A stretch of 64,000 nucleotides of DNA from Flavobacteriales bacterium (GCA_025055635.1 JANWWQ010000001.1:61768-125767), one strand, 5' to 3'. Shown: positions 40,737-50,367, counted from the first letter of the stretch. Translations and numbers: made by a program. The notes: generated from the letters alone by a model not told the origin.

Positions 40737-42373
40737 GGCTGAAGGTTGAAATTACGCTGCAACACAAAGGGCTGTGGGCCTTCTTTTTTGGAAATATAGA
40801 TAGACTCCTCCCACTTACGAAAGCCTTCAGCTGTAACGGAAACTTTGTACCGGCGCCCCCCTTCCAGGGTGGCAAAATAGCGGCCGTCCTCATCGGTATC
40901 CACGCGCAGCACCTCTTTGCCGGTGCGCTCGTCCAGAAAAACTACCTCGGCAGCCAGCGGCATTCCATTGCCTGTGACCTGGCCTTTTATGACTGAAAGA
41001 ACGGCCCCTGAGGATGTAGAAGCTCTCTCTGCGTCCTTACTGATCTCGGAAGCCACGAGAGGATATTCAGATAGGTCTAGCTCGTAAATGTTGAGCTCGT
41101 TTTCATCGGCTTCGCGGCGCGAGGCCAAATAGGCTGTCTTCCCGTCGGCCGTCATGGTGAAGTGTATTTCGTCATCGGGGGTGTTGATGGGATATCCTAA
41201 GTTGACGGGCGGCGTCCATTGCCCGTCTTTTTTTTCAGTTTTAAATATATCGTAGCCTCCCATGCTGTCATGGCCCTTTGAAGCGAAGAAAAGCGTACGG
41301 CCGTTAGGGTGCATCCACACGGAAATTTCGTCGTAGGGTGTATTGATTTGCGGTCCTAGATTGACGGGCTTGGCCCATTCGCGGCGTGAGATGCGCTGGC
41401 ACATCCAGATGTCGCCATTGCCCAAGGCTTTACCATCGGGACGCTCGCTGATGAAATACAAGGTTTTGCCGTCGGGACTTAGGGCCGCCGAAGTCTCAAA
41501 ATAGGATGTGTTAAAGGGTCCCTCCCATTCACGGGCCTTAGTCCATTCGCCGTTTTTTTCGCGGCTTACCCATATATCCCCACTGCCGGTTTTGCCCTTT
41601 ATGTTTTTGTAGATAAAAAGAAGGGAGCCATCTGGGGAGATGTTCATGTTGGCGTCATGTTCCGGCGTGTTCACGGCCTTGAGAGGCTCGGCCTCCATCC
41701 ACCGGCCCGAGAGGCTATCTCGTCGACTGATATAAATATCTTGAAAAAATTTTAAATCGAAAGGATCGCGTTGGCCTCCCGTGGTAGTGGGTCGGCGCGA
41801 GGTGAACACCAGCATATTTCCTTCGGCATTGATGGTAGGGCACGCCTCTTCAAACTCGGTATTGATCTCAGGACCCAGCTTTCGCAATTTTACGGGCACA
41901 GGCTTTTCACGAAAAGCCTTAAAACGTTCAGCCTGACGGATATAATAATCCACATCATAGGGATCTATACCAAATTTTTTTAGGGACTTTTTATACCGAT
42001 TAAACCAGGCTAGGGCGCTGTCTGGTTCGTGGAGTTGTTGCCATACCCTTCCGTACCAAAAAGGCGCATCCCTGAACTTGCGCTTGCCGCTCAGAATCAC
42101 AGAACGCAACTGTTCAAAGGCCTCACCGTAATGCTTTAATTCAAGGTTGGCTCTGCCGGCATAATAGTTCACATCGGCATGGGAAGGCCATTTTTTCAGC
42201 AGAGGTTCCAAGGTATATACAACTCCGTTGTAGTTGGCTTCATTAAAAAGGCTTTTGGCTCTTGCTAGTTTTTGTCTATCGCGAAGAGGACGCCCCTCAT
42301 CGGTCTTTTGGCCTTGGAGGAGAGGGATGACCAGTATACTGGCCAGGATGGATTGTATGAATCGTGTATGCAT
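40733..42373 (-). CDS. Periplasmic/outer-membrane-associated multidomain protein: TPR-like N-terminus + TolB-like PD40 beta-propeller repeats + carboxypeptidase-regulatory-like (CarboxypepD_reg) C-terminal domain
   Basis: The reading frame at the start is verified (ATGCATACACGATTC = MHTRF). The N-terminus is a signal peptide followed by TPR-like helices (...YYAGRANLELKHYGEAFEQL...). Repeated WD40-like beta-propeller (PD40) motifs follow (ISPDGSLLFIY, LSPDGKTLYFISERPDG...GDIWM, MTADGKTAYLASRR). The C-terminus ...GQVTGNGMPLAAEVVFLDERTGKEVLRVDTDEDGRYFATLEGGRRYKVSVTAEGF is CarboxypepD_reg-like. Confidence 0.7.
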   Translation of the reverse strand: MHTRFIQSILASILVIPLLQGQKTDEGRPLRDRQKLARAKSLFNEANYNGVVYTLEPLLKKWPSHADVNYYAGRANLELKHYGEAFEQLRSVILSGKRKFRDAPFWYGRVWQQLHEPDSALAWFNRYKKSLKKFGIDPYDVDYYIRQAERFKAFREKPVPVKLRKLGPEINTEFEEACPTINAEGNMLVFTSRRPTTTGGQRDPFDLKFFQDIYISRRDSLSGRWMEAEPLKAVNTPEHDANMNISPDGSLLFIYKNIKGKTGSGDIWVSREKNGEWTKAREWEGPFNTSYFETSAALSPDGKTLYFISERPDGKALGNGDIWMCQRISRREWAKPVNLGPQINTPYDEISVWMHPNGRTLFFASKGHDSMGGYDIFKTEKKDGQWTPPVNLGYPINTPDDEIHFTMTADGKTAYLASRREADENELNIYELDLSEYPLVASEISKDAERASTSSGAVLSVIKGQVTGNGMPLAAEVVFLDERTGKEVLRVDTDEDGRYFATLEGGRRYKVSVTAEGFRKWEESIYISKKEGPQPFVLQRNFNLQP

Positions 42374-42462
42374 CGGGTTGACAGGTGCAAAGCTACATTC
42401 CACAGTCCAGTGCCATTGAGGTTTTATTAATTAACGTTGCTCATGGTTGCACATTATTTTCT

Positions 42463-42470
42463 TACCTTTG
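42463..42470 (+). promoter_or_regulatory. Candidate Bacteroidetes sigma-A -7 box (TAnnTTTG: TACCTTTG) for tRNA-Ser
   Basis: An exact match to the Bacteroidetes -7 consensus lies 10 nt upstream of the tRNA 5' end, with TTG-containing sequence about 20 bp further upstream. Confidence 0.4.
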
Positions 42471-42480
42471 CAAAGACTTC

Positions 42481-42568
42481 GGAGAGATGCAGGAGTGGTT
42501 GAACTGGCACGCCTGGAGAGCGTGTATACCCCTAAAGGGTATCGAGGGTTCGAATCCCTCTCTCTCCG
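42481..42568 (+). tRNA. tRNA-Ser (anticodon GGA), long variable arm
   Basis: GGAGAGATGCAGGAGTGGTTGAACTGGCACGCCTGGAGAGCGTG...GGGTATCGAGGGTTCGAATCCCTCTCTCTCCG with anticodon loop CCTGGAGAG. The acceptor stem GGAGAGA/TCTCTCC pairs. Confidence 0.88.
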
Positions 42569-42663
42569 CTCATTTTTTGACTTATTCTCGGCGTTGAATC
42601 CTCATTTTAAAATTTTCTCTTTCTTCTTTTAATTTTTCTTTTTTTTGTTCAAGTTTTGAAATT

Positions 42664-44373
42664 ATGCTCGTTGTTAGAAAAATTGCTTGTTTATTATCAA
42701 CGTTTTTTATTTTTATATGGAATGCTAGTGGCCAAATCCGGCCAATTGAACTCTTCAAAAAACAATTAATTAGAAACAATCCCAGTTCCTCTTTTCATCC
42801 CAGAGGTGGGGGTCCCATGATCCATGAAACTTGCGAACAGGCTTTACCGGTGTCTCTGGGTGCCAATTATACGGATGGCCCTAGCACAGGAAATGGTTGC
42901 TACTATTGCGACGGGGCTAATCATGCCGACTGGTTTGTATTCGTGCCCACGTCCCCCGGAGTGGTCCATGTGTACAGTTGTTATGAAAACGCTGATACGC
43001 GCTTGTGGATATACCGCACTACAACAGACTGTAGCAATCTTGAACTGATTGCCGGATTTGATGATGAATGCCCCATTAATCTTGACCCTACAGCCGAATT
43101 GTATAGTACCGAAGGCTATTTTCAGGCTTGCCCGGGCTACACCTATTACTTGGAATGGGATGATATGTGGGATAGCAGTCCCTTCACTTTTTACTTTGAT
43201 TTCTATCCTTATACAGGAACTAACGTGACTGTTGGCAGGGGCGTGGTTTCCGAATATTCCCACATGCCCCCCACGGCTTCAGGTGTGCGGGGATACCTCA
43301 CGGCTTTCAACACTGGAAATGTGGATCTAACCCACCTGAAAGCACGCATAAAAGTCAGCCAGGGCGCCTCCCCTGTCCTAAATCAAGTGGAATATGCAGT
43401 ACCTAACCTTCAGGTGTGCGGCGATCCCATAAATCACTTCACTAATTATTATCCTCTTACCTCTCCCGGTGTCTACTCTGCCGAACTGAGCCTGGAAGTG
43501 GATGAAACCGAAGATATCACCTTAGATAACATTCTCACTCAGACGGTCGTGGTGGACACGGTATTTGCCCGCGATAGCGGCGGTCCGTTCTGGGATTTGC
43601 CTGTAGATGATCCGGTTATTCTGGGCCACAACTTCACGTTGGCTTTTCCAGATAAGCTTACCAGCCTCTCTTTCAGACTGGGTACCGATATGTTTGCCAC
43701 TCCTATTCCGGTCGGATTCAAAACACGTCTGTATGTTTATTCCACCCAGCCTGCCAGTGGCCGTCCCATCACACCTCTGGATTCAACCGAAGATTATTTC
43801 ATTGGTTTGGAAGACACAGGCTGGGTGACCGTGCCCCTCCGCCACGGGCCTCTCCCTTTGCCCTCGGGAACCTTTTTCGTGGGCTTCAGGCAGTTTGACT
43901 TTCCTCACACTTTAGTTTGGGCAGTAACACCTCAATATTACTACCCCGGAAAAAATTTGTGGGTGAAGCTGGACAACGTTCCTTTCTTTTTATCGGTGGA
44001 TTCGGTTTTAATCGGCAATAACTGGGACGACGGCTTTGCACTGGCCTTAAGGGCCAACTTTGGAGAAGAGCCGAGTGTAAACCTTAAGGGTGCCTTTCCT
44101 GCTCCGGATTTCTCAGTATTTCCTAATCCCTCTGGGACGCTGGTGTGGCTCCAGCCTCCTCCGGGTTATGAGGTGGTTCACCTCACCCTGTTAGATGCCT
44201 CCGGACGTTGCGTTTGGAGCCAGTCCGGAATTTCTAGCACTGGTGGCCGGATACCGTTAGATGTCACTCCAGTGGATCAAGGGGTTTACACTTTAAGGAT
44301 TGCGGGCTACTCCTCAAACTTGGACAAAATGGAGTCAAGGATTTTACAGGTGAAGGTTGTAGTAGCCCGTTAG
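42664..44373 (+). CDS. Secreted protein with T9SS type-A C-terminal sorting domain (Por_Secre_tail); N-terminal region of unknown function
   Basis: A signal peptide (MLVVRKIACLLSTFFIFIWNASGQ). The C-terminus ...FPNPSGTLVWLQPPPGYEVVHLTLLDASGRCVWSQ...GVYTLRIAG... follows the classic FPNP...L...G..V.....G.Y Por-tail pattern. Confidence 0.75.
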   Translation: MLVVRKIACLLSTFFIFIWNASGQIRPIELFKKQLIRNNPSSSFHPRGGGPMIHETCEQALPVSLGANYTDGPSTGNGCYYCDGANHADWFVFVPTSPGVVHVYSCYENADTRLWIYRTTTDCSNLELIAGFDDECPINLDPTAELYSTEGYFQACPGYTYYLEWDDMWDSSPFTFYFDFYPYTGTNVTVGRGVVSEYSHMPPTASGVRGYLTAFNTGNVDLTHLKARIKVSQGASPVLNQVEYAVPNLQVCGDPINHFTNYYPLTSPGVYSAELSLEVDETEDITLDNILTQTVVVDTVFARDSGGPFWDLPVDDPVILGHNFTLAFPDKLTSLSFRLGTDMFATPIPVGFKTRLYVYSTQPASGRPITPLDSTEDYFIGLEDTGWVTVPLRHGPLPLPSGTFFVGFRQFDFPHTLVWAVTPQYYYPGKNLWVKLDNVPFFLSVDSVLIGNNWDDGFALALRANFGEEPSVNLKGAFPAPDFSVFPNPSGTLVWLQPPPGYEVVHLTLLDASGRCVWSQSGISSTGGRIPLDVTPVDQGVYTLRIAGYSSNLDKMESRILQVKVVVAR

Positions 44374-44790
44374 CGCCTCCATCGCAAGAAGATAGCCGTC
44401 CAGTCCGAAGCCAATAATTACACCGCAACAATAGCGAGCCGTGAGGCTACGGGCTCGCCACTCTTCGCGTCCAAGGATGTTGCTGATGTGTACTTCTACC
44501 ACGGGGACCTGGACCGCGGCCAGGGCGTCCGCCAGGGCATAAGAGGTGTGGGTGAGGGCGGCCAGATTCAGGATGATAGGGATGCCCTCCGCGTTGGTTT
44601 GATGAATTTTTTCAATCAGTTCTCCTTCATAGTTGCTTTGAAACAGGAGGATTTCAATATCAGGGAAGCGTTCGTGGCATCTGCTCAGGAGGTCCTCAAA
44701 AGTTTTTGTTCCATAGATCTCCGGCTCGCGGATGCCCTGTAAGTGGAGATTGGGGCCATTGATGATTTGGATTTTTTTTACTTTAGCCAT
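44344..44790 (-). CDS. aroQ: 3-dehydroquinate dehydratase, type II
   Basis: MAKVKKIQIINGPNLHLQGIREPEIYG...SNYEGELIEKIHQ...INLAALTHTSYALADAL...VVEVHISNI are the type II DHQase signatures. The start is taken at the Met at 44790. Confidence 0.9.
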   Translation of the reverse strand: MAKVKKIQIINGPNLHLQGIREPEIYGTKTFEDLLSRCHERFPDIEILLFQSNYEGELIEKIHQTNAEGIPIILNLAALTHTSYALADALAAVQVPVVEVHISNILGREEWRARSLTARYCCGVIIGFGLDGYLLAMEALTGYYNLHL

Positions 44791-44811
44791 AGCAAAACCA
44801 CAGCTAATATA

Positions 44812-45741
44812 ATGGGTTTGAGGGCTGGTGAGCTCCTTGGGGGCTTTAAAGAGTATTTGACCTTGGAAAAAGGCCTTACGCCGCATACCGTAGAGGCCTA
44901 TCAGAAAGACGTGGAAAAATTTTTCCAATTCTTGGAAAGTAAGGGTTTTAATGGTTCCCTGCAGGATATTTCATTGGCATTGCTGCGGGATTTTGTGAAA
45001 GTGCTATATGATTTGGGGCTTGAAGCCTCATCCCAGGCCCGCATATTGAGTGGACTACGGGCTTTCTTTAAATACCTTCAAGCCGATCAGTATATCACTT
45101 CCAACCCCGCTGAGTTTCTGGAAATGCCTTCGCCCCGGCGCAAATTACCGGTGGTGCTTACCGTAGAGGAAATAGACGCAATGGTCGCTACAATTGATTA
45201 TTCTAAGCCCGATGCCCTACGCAATAAGGCTATCATTGAATGCCTCTACGGTTGCGGACTGCGAGTGTCAGAGCTGGCCTCGTTGCGTATCAGTCACCTT
45301 CATTTTCAGGACGGCTATATTAAAGTAGTGGGAAAGGGGCGTAAGGAGCGGCTGGTGCCTTTAGGATCTTACACCCAAAGTCACATTCAGGAATACATGC
45401 AGCGAGAAAGATCCCGCATCCATCCTGTACCTGGCCATGAGGATTTTCTGTTTCTCAGCCGACTGGGGCGGGCCATCAGCAGAATTTCGGTGTTTGTGAT
45501 AATAAAAAATCTGGCCCGTGCAGCGGGCATCAAAAAAGTCATTTCCCCCCATACCTTTAGGCATACATTCGCCACCCATCTGTTGGAAAACGGGGCCGAC
45601 TTACGAGCTGTTCAGGAAATGTTGGGCCATTCCTCTATAACTACCACTGAAATTTATACCCACCTGGATCGTAGCTTCCTAGCTGAAACTATTCGCCGCT
45701 TTCATCCCCACGGCCGTCTTGATGAGGTATTCAGTGGGTGA
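44812..45741 (+). CDS. xerD: Tyrosine site-specific recombinase XerD (chromosome dimer resolution)
   Basis: A core-binding N-domain, then ...RNKAIIECLYGCGLRVSELASL..., ...HTFRHTFATHLLENGADLRAVQEMLGHSSITTTEIYTHL (R..HxxR..Y catalytic residues). It is adjacent to and divergent from aroQ, as in many Bacteroidetes. The start is taken at the Met at 44812. Confidence 0.88.
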   Translation: MGLRAGELLGGFKEYLTLEKGLTPHTVEAYQKDVEKFFQFLESKGFNGSLQDISLALLRDFVKVLYDLGLEASSQARILSGLRAFFKYLQADQYITSNPAEFLEMPSPRRKLPVVLTVEEIDAMVATIDYSKPDALRNKAIIECLYGCGLRVSELASLRISHLHFQDGYIKVVGKGRKERLVPLGSYTQSHIQEYMQRERSRIHPVPGHEDFLFLSRLGRAISRISVFVIIKNLARAAGIKKVISPHTFRHTFATHLLENGADLRAVQEMLGHSSITTTEIYTHLDRSFLAETIRRFHPHGRLDEVFSG

Positions 45742-46249
45742 AAGCGCCTCAAAGGTCTGCAATGGCTTCAAACAGCTTATCTCAATTGGGTTCATAACCT
45801 GCAACGGTAAATTGTATCAGAACGCTCTAAGCCGGGCCTGCCACCTGCCAGGTGCGCAGGGATCACGTGCCATCTATGAGCAAGTAGAGGTCATATACCC
45901 CTTCTCCCACCTCAACAACAAATTCCAAAAGGACTTGCCGTGCCACCATGTGACGGCTATTGGGATATCGGTACCCTAGGTATGTGTTGTTATTGGTTAT
46001 GAAAAGGAGGGCCGCCTTTCTAAGCCACTGAACCAGCTGGGAATAGTTTTCCCGGAAACGCGTGGAACGGAACCCTGGTCCGTGGGCAACGCTTACTACC
46101 AAGGAAAGCACCATAAGGTCAGGCTGAAGGACTTTGAAGTGGGGTATGAAATTTTCACAACCTGAGAAGGACGAGCTTGCTGCCCTCTTTACACCCACAC
46201 TGTGCCAGATGACACCTGGATCGTCGTTGAGAAATTGCACACCGAAAGG

Positions 46250-46952
46250 CTTAAAAGTGCAGCCATTCTGCGGTTTTGGAGACAGGTAAAAAGTGAGGGT
46301 AATTCAGAGGCTCTCGGATGCGATACTCCGTGAAGCCCAGGAGAGGTTGGGTCCAGGCCTTATCCCCGGGGAGGGAGGCCAAACTTCTACCTGCATATGG
46401 ATGCTGTCGGTAAGATGGAATAGCTGCACCCGACTGAAGAGAAAGGGCCGAAGGACGTCTCCCAGCGGAATTATGCGCATCCAGGCAGTTGGGTCCCTGG
46501 TGGTGACACTCATACCGGAACGCCCCAATCGGCCATTTTGAGCCGAAACGTTCCGCCATGCAGGCTATTCACCTCCCAATTAGACGACGTAATTAGCAGG
46601 GATGTGGGTGACAGCCCCCCTATTGAGGAAAAACGAATCCCCCAGCCCCCTCCAACCCGGTAAAGAGAGCGCACAAGCGCTGTGGGATACAGTGAGAGTA
46701 CACATCGGCCTGAACATGGGAGTCTCCCAAGAGGACGACATTTACCTTGTTTTTGCCAAAGCGAATCAGAGAATCCAAACCGCTGAACAAGCGCCGAAAA
46801 GCTGCGCTATAGGGCGAAAGCAGAATCTGGTTACTCACACTTCGTATTAAGAGTGAGGCTTGAGTTTTCACATTCCCTCCAAACAGTCCTATCAAAAGAA
46901 CGGGGAGTCCCAACCACCGGGATTTTGTCATGGCTTTTGTCCGGAGAGCCAC
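46250..46952 (-). pseudogene. Probable frameshifted/truncated SGNH (GDSL-like) hydrolase gene, a paralog of the upstream 473-aa gene
   Basis: The ORF 46620..46952 encodes an intact signal peptide plus SGNH block I (MALRTKAMTKSRWLGLPVLLIGLFGG...NVVLLGDSHVQ) but stops after 110 aa. A different frame (46304..46528) carries a block-V-like ...LFHLTDSIHM... Between the two pieces the reading frame is broken. Confidence 0.3.
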
Positions 46953-48349
46953 AGGTTAAAATCGTCCACCAATGCGGCGGTAAACATACCGGCTATTTTC
47001 TCGGCTCCGGCTGGGGTGAAGTGGATGAAATCGGGGGCCGCCAACGGAGGCGAAGCGGCTGCCCAGACGGGCATGGACCGGGGTCCTCCCATGGCCGCGT
47101 ACATATCCCAATAAACTCCTCCAGCCCGCAAAGTGGCTGAACGCAGCTCATCGCGCAAGGCTTCCAAGAATGGGTGCGTCTCCAAACGACCGTTTATTCG
47201 GACTGCCATGTCTGCTGGTCCAATCACCACCAGGCAGGCCTGGGGACGTAATCGCAATAAGAAGCGAAACTGGTCTTCCATGGTACGGGCATAACGGGTC
47301 ACTTCCTCGGGCGATTGGATGTGGGGCAAAGTATTGCCCCCAAATTCCAGAATGAAAAGGCACACGTTCAGTTCTTGTAATTGATGGCTCAATAGGCGAG
47401 CATCCCCAGCCCGAAAAAAGGTACCTGAGGCACCACGCATAGGGATATTGTCCACCTGAAGACCTGGCTCTCCTTCTAAAGAGAGGCCATATACTTCCGG
47501 CGAGGGGCCCTTGAAAAACAATTTCAGGCCATTTGCATTCCATCGAACAGGTACCTCCAGCGTCCGGCTTTGCCTTGCTGAGTCGGCCTGCAGGGTAAAG
47601 GTTTGTATGCCGTCTGCATCTTGGATGGTGAGCTCGCAGGCGCTGTCAGGTCCGGAATAGAAGAGACGTACAAGCTGTAGCTTGCGTACCCCTGGGTATC
47701 CAGTAGCCGAGCGAAAGAGGTGTAATGAAGCGGTATCTCCGATGTACTGGCTGCGGGACATAAGGACCCCGTAACGCTTGTCTGGGGCCCGGTTTTCGGC
47801 TGGTCCATACAGCGTGTAGCGATACCAGTTATTACTAGCAATTTGGCGGACATTGCGTGCTGGTACTGTTTGTACCGCAGGAATAAGACCTGCCCCGCTT
47901 CCTCCAAATAATCCTTGAAGCCTATGGCGCAGATATCCGCTGATGCGATCACCTTCAATCTGCGAATCCCCATAATGTAAAATGTGGAACACCGAATCAG
48001 CGGCGTTTCCGAGATTTTCAGCAAGCCTGGCCAGCAGGCGGAAGAAAGGCTCCAAAGCCGAAGGATTATCATCGGGATATTGCAAGCGCCCCGGTTCGGC
48101 AGCCTTCCAGCGTCTTCCAACCAAGCGTTCTGGGGCGAGCCTTGTAATTCGGGCTGTATCTGTGGCCGTACTTATAACCTGACGAGCTGCGGAGGGCTTC
48201 TGACGCTCAGGCCAAATATCCTCCGGTTTAAAAAATCGCCATACTCCTAAAATTCCCAAATCTATCCCTTCCTTGGGAAATAGCAGGGCCATCCCCAGCA
48301 GGGTTCCCATCACAATCCACCAGCGCCACCAAACCCGATAGCCCGACAT
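46928..48349 (-). CDS. SGNH/GDSL-like hydrolase family protein with N-terminal TM anchor and large inserted beta region
   Basis: An N-terminal TM segment (MSGYRVWWRWWIVMGTLLGMALLF), block I ...ILHYGDSQIEGD..., block II ...LFILEFGGN..., and block V ...PDFIHFTPAG... Confidence 0.6.
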   Translation of the reverse strand: MSGYRVWWRWWIVMGTLLGMALLFPKEGIDLGILGVWRFFKPEDIWPERQKPSAARQVISTATDTARITRLAPERLVGRRWKAAEPGRLQYPDDNPSALEPFFRLLARLAENLGNAADSVFHILHYGDSQIEGDRISGYLRHRLQGLFGGSGAGLIPAVQTVPARNVRQIASNNWYRYTLYGPAENRAPDKRYGVLMSRSQYIGDTASLHLFRSATGYPGVRKLQLVRLFYSGPDSACELTIQDADGIQTFTLQADSARQSRTLEVPVRWNANGLKLFFKGPSPEVYGLSLEGEPGLQVDNIPMRGASGTFFRAGDARLLSHQLQELNVCLFILEFGGNTLPHIQSPEEVTRYARTMEDQFRFLLRLRPQACLVVIGPADMAVRINGRLETHPFLEALRDELRSATLRAGGVYWDMYAAMGGPRSMPVWAAASPPLAAPDFIHFTPAGAEKIAGMFTAALVDDFNLWLSGQKP

Positions 48350-48446
48350 TTGCAGGAAGAGTACAGCAAAGAAAGCCTGGTAGGACTGAACATCATACTT
48401 TCCTGAAGTGGTCTTTTCCCTCTTACTTTTGAAAATTCTTCATTCT

Positions 48447-49763
48447 ATGAGAATTTGTGTCATCGGGGCCGGTTCCTCTGGTATTGCCGTCTGCAAAGTG
48501 CTTCACCAGCATCAAATGGATTTTGACTGTTACGAAATGGGTAGCGGAATCGGAGGTCTGTGGCGGTATAACAACGACAACGGCCTCTCAGCGGCGTATA
48601 AATCTCTGCATATCAACACCAGCAAGTATATCATGGCCTATTCCGATTTTCCAATGCCTGACGAGTATTCTGATTATCCTAGCCACGAGCAGATCCTGCG
48701 GTATTTTGAAAATTACGTAGAGCATTTTGGCTTTCGTAATAAAATTCAGTTTAAAACCACTGTGCTTTCTGTGAAGCCTTACCCCGAGGGGGGGTATCGG
48801 GTGGACACTTCCGCGGGCACTGGCCGATACGATGCCGTCTTTGTCTGCAACGGCCATCACTGGGATAAACGATATCCTGATTTTCCTGGCACCTTTTCAG
48901 GAAAAGTGATGCATTCCCGCGATTACCGGTCGTTTGAAGGTTTTGAAGACTTACGCGTACTCATTGTGGGCATAGGCAATTCGGCTGCAGATTTGGCCGT
49001 GGAGCTAACCCGCGTAGCCCGTAGCGTCACCATTTCTACGCGCAGCCGGGCCTATATTATCCCGAAGTATATCATGGGAATTCCCACTGATCAGTTCGCC
49101 CATCCCTTCCTCTTTCGTCTCCCCTTGCCCTTGCAGCGCCTCTTCAGCCGCATAGCGCTCACCATAGCTCAGGGACGTCAGGAACGCTACGGCGTGCCTG
49201 TGCCCAACCGTCCCTTGCTCACCGAACATCCCACCATTTCCCAGGATCTTTTGAACTGTGCCGGCCACGGCAAAATCACCTTCAAGCCTAACATCAACCG
49301 GCTGGATGGTTTCACCGTGCATTTTGAAGATGGCTCTTCGGCTGAATACGACGCTCTCATTTATTGCACCGGATATAATATCTCTTTTCCCTTCTTTGAA
49401 AAAAACTTTATTCCGTTCAAGGACAACGATATCCGTCTCTACCGGCGCGTAATCCACCCCGATCATCCGAATTTGTTTTTTATCGGTTTGGTGCAGCCTT
49501 TGGGAGCTGTGATGCCATTGGCTGAACGCCAGGCTGAGTGGGCCACGGCCATCTTGCAAGGGAAACTGAAATTGCCTTCCCGGGAAGCCATGTGGCAAGC
49601 TATTGAAAAAGACCGCCGTGCCCTGGAGAAACGCTACAACGTCTCTCCCCGCCATACTATTCAGGTGGACTTCTGGCCTTATAAGTGGCAACTGGAAAAA
49701 GAAATGCGCCGGGCTGGATTCCGCTACGCCGGAAGGAAAGGAGAACGGCTAAAGTTGATATAG
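48447..49763 (+). CDS. Flavin-containing monooxygenase (class B FMO-like)
   Basis: MRICVIGAGSSGIAV (FAD GxGxxG), the FMO-identifying motif FSGKVMHSRDY (FxGxxxHxxxY), a second Rossmann VLIVGIGNSAADLAVEL, and ...YCTGY... The start is taken at the Met at 48447 within the ORF from 48408. Confidence 0.85.
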   Translation: MRICVIGAGSSGIAVCKVLHQHQMDFDCYEMGSGIGGLWRYNNDNGLSAAYKSLHINTSKYIMAYSDFPMPDEYSDYPSHEQILRYFENYVEHFGFRNKIQFKTTVLSVKPYPEGGYRVDTSAGTGRYDAVFVCNGHHWDKRYPDFPGTFSGKVMHSRDYRSFEGFEDLRVLIVGIGNSAADLAVELTRVARSVTISTRSRAYIIPKYIMGIPTDQFAHPFLFRLPLPLQRLFSRIALTIAQGRQERYGVPVPNRPLLTEHPTISQDLLNCAGHGKITFKPNINRLDGFTVHFEDGSSAEYDALIYCTGYNISFPFFEKNFIPFKDNDIRLYRRVIHPDHPNLFFIGLVQPLGAVMPLAERQAEWATAILQGKLKLPSREAMWQAIEKDRRALEKRYNVSPRHTIQVDFWPYKWQLEKEMRRAGFRYAGRKGERLKLI

Positions 49764-50367
49764 CTTTGAATGTATCGTTTTTGAAGTCCTTATATCCACT
49801 CGTTGAACATCAATTTAATTCAAATCTAGAAAGCATAATGAATACATGCTAATTTTATTTAATTTTTTCACCGTAAAAAAAGAAATGTTGCTTCAAAACT
49901 TCTTATAAATGACTTTTTCGGCAAAAGGCTATTGGATGGGAAGCGTCGCAGGCTTATGAGATATTTTAATTCTCAAAAAATATCAGACGAAAAAAGGTAA
50001 TTTCGTATTAATTTAAAATGCTCCGTATATCTACCTTTTCAGGATATTATTAAATTATAAATTTATTGCAAATCTTGTTTAAAAACGATTGAATAAAAAA
50101 CTTTTGGGATATTTAAAATTGGGGAGTTACGAACATATTACAATAGAAATTACTTCTTTATCATGACACGTTTTGAATTTATTGATAATTAATATGAAGA
50201 TATTAAAATTCTGAGAATGCTGGTGAAAGATGGAATTATTTAAAATAAACTCTAAATAATTCCTAAGAAGCTAGTTAATATTTTAATCTAATAAAAAGAT
50301 AATATTGGACATTGAATCATTTAAAATGAAGTTGATTTTAATATGAAACAAAAAATTTTTAATTTAT

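Noticed and set aside
42481-42663. tRNA-Ser followed by an AT-rich tract as a genomic-island integration site
   Set aside because: There is no integrase or att-like duplicate of the tRNA 3' end downstream. The next gene is an ordinary T9SS cargo with native composition.
44344-45741. xerD as a sign of an integrated mobile element
   Set aside because: aroQ–xerD adjacency is a conserved housekeeping arrangement in Bacteroidota. There is no neighbouring integrase-associated cargo, flanking direct repeats or tRNA target.
45742-46620. RNase P RNA (rnpB) or tmRNA (ssrA) hidden in the gene-poor 46-kb region
   Set aside because: I searched both strands by eye for the P4 motifs (AGGAAAGUCCGGGCUCC / ACAGAAACCCGGCUUA) and for a tRNA-Ala-like 3' end with a GGUUCGA(A/C)UCC T-arm plus CCA. 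None were found. The question stays open pending a covariance-model scan.
48457-49691. Minus-strand 228-aa ORF (49005..49691) and other ORFs inside the FMO gene
   Set aside because: They are antisense to a CDS with clear FAD/NADPH and FMO motifs, and their composition is Arg/Gly-rich antisense-typical.
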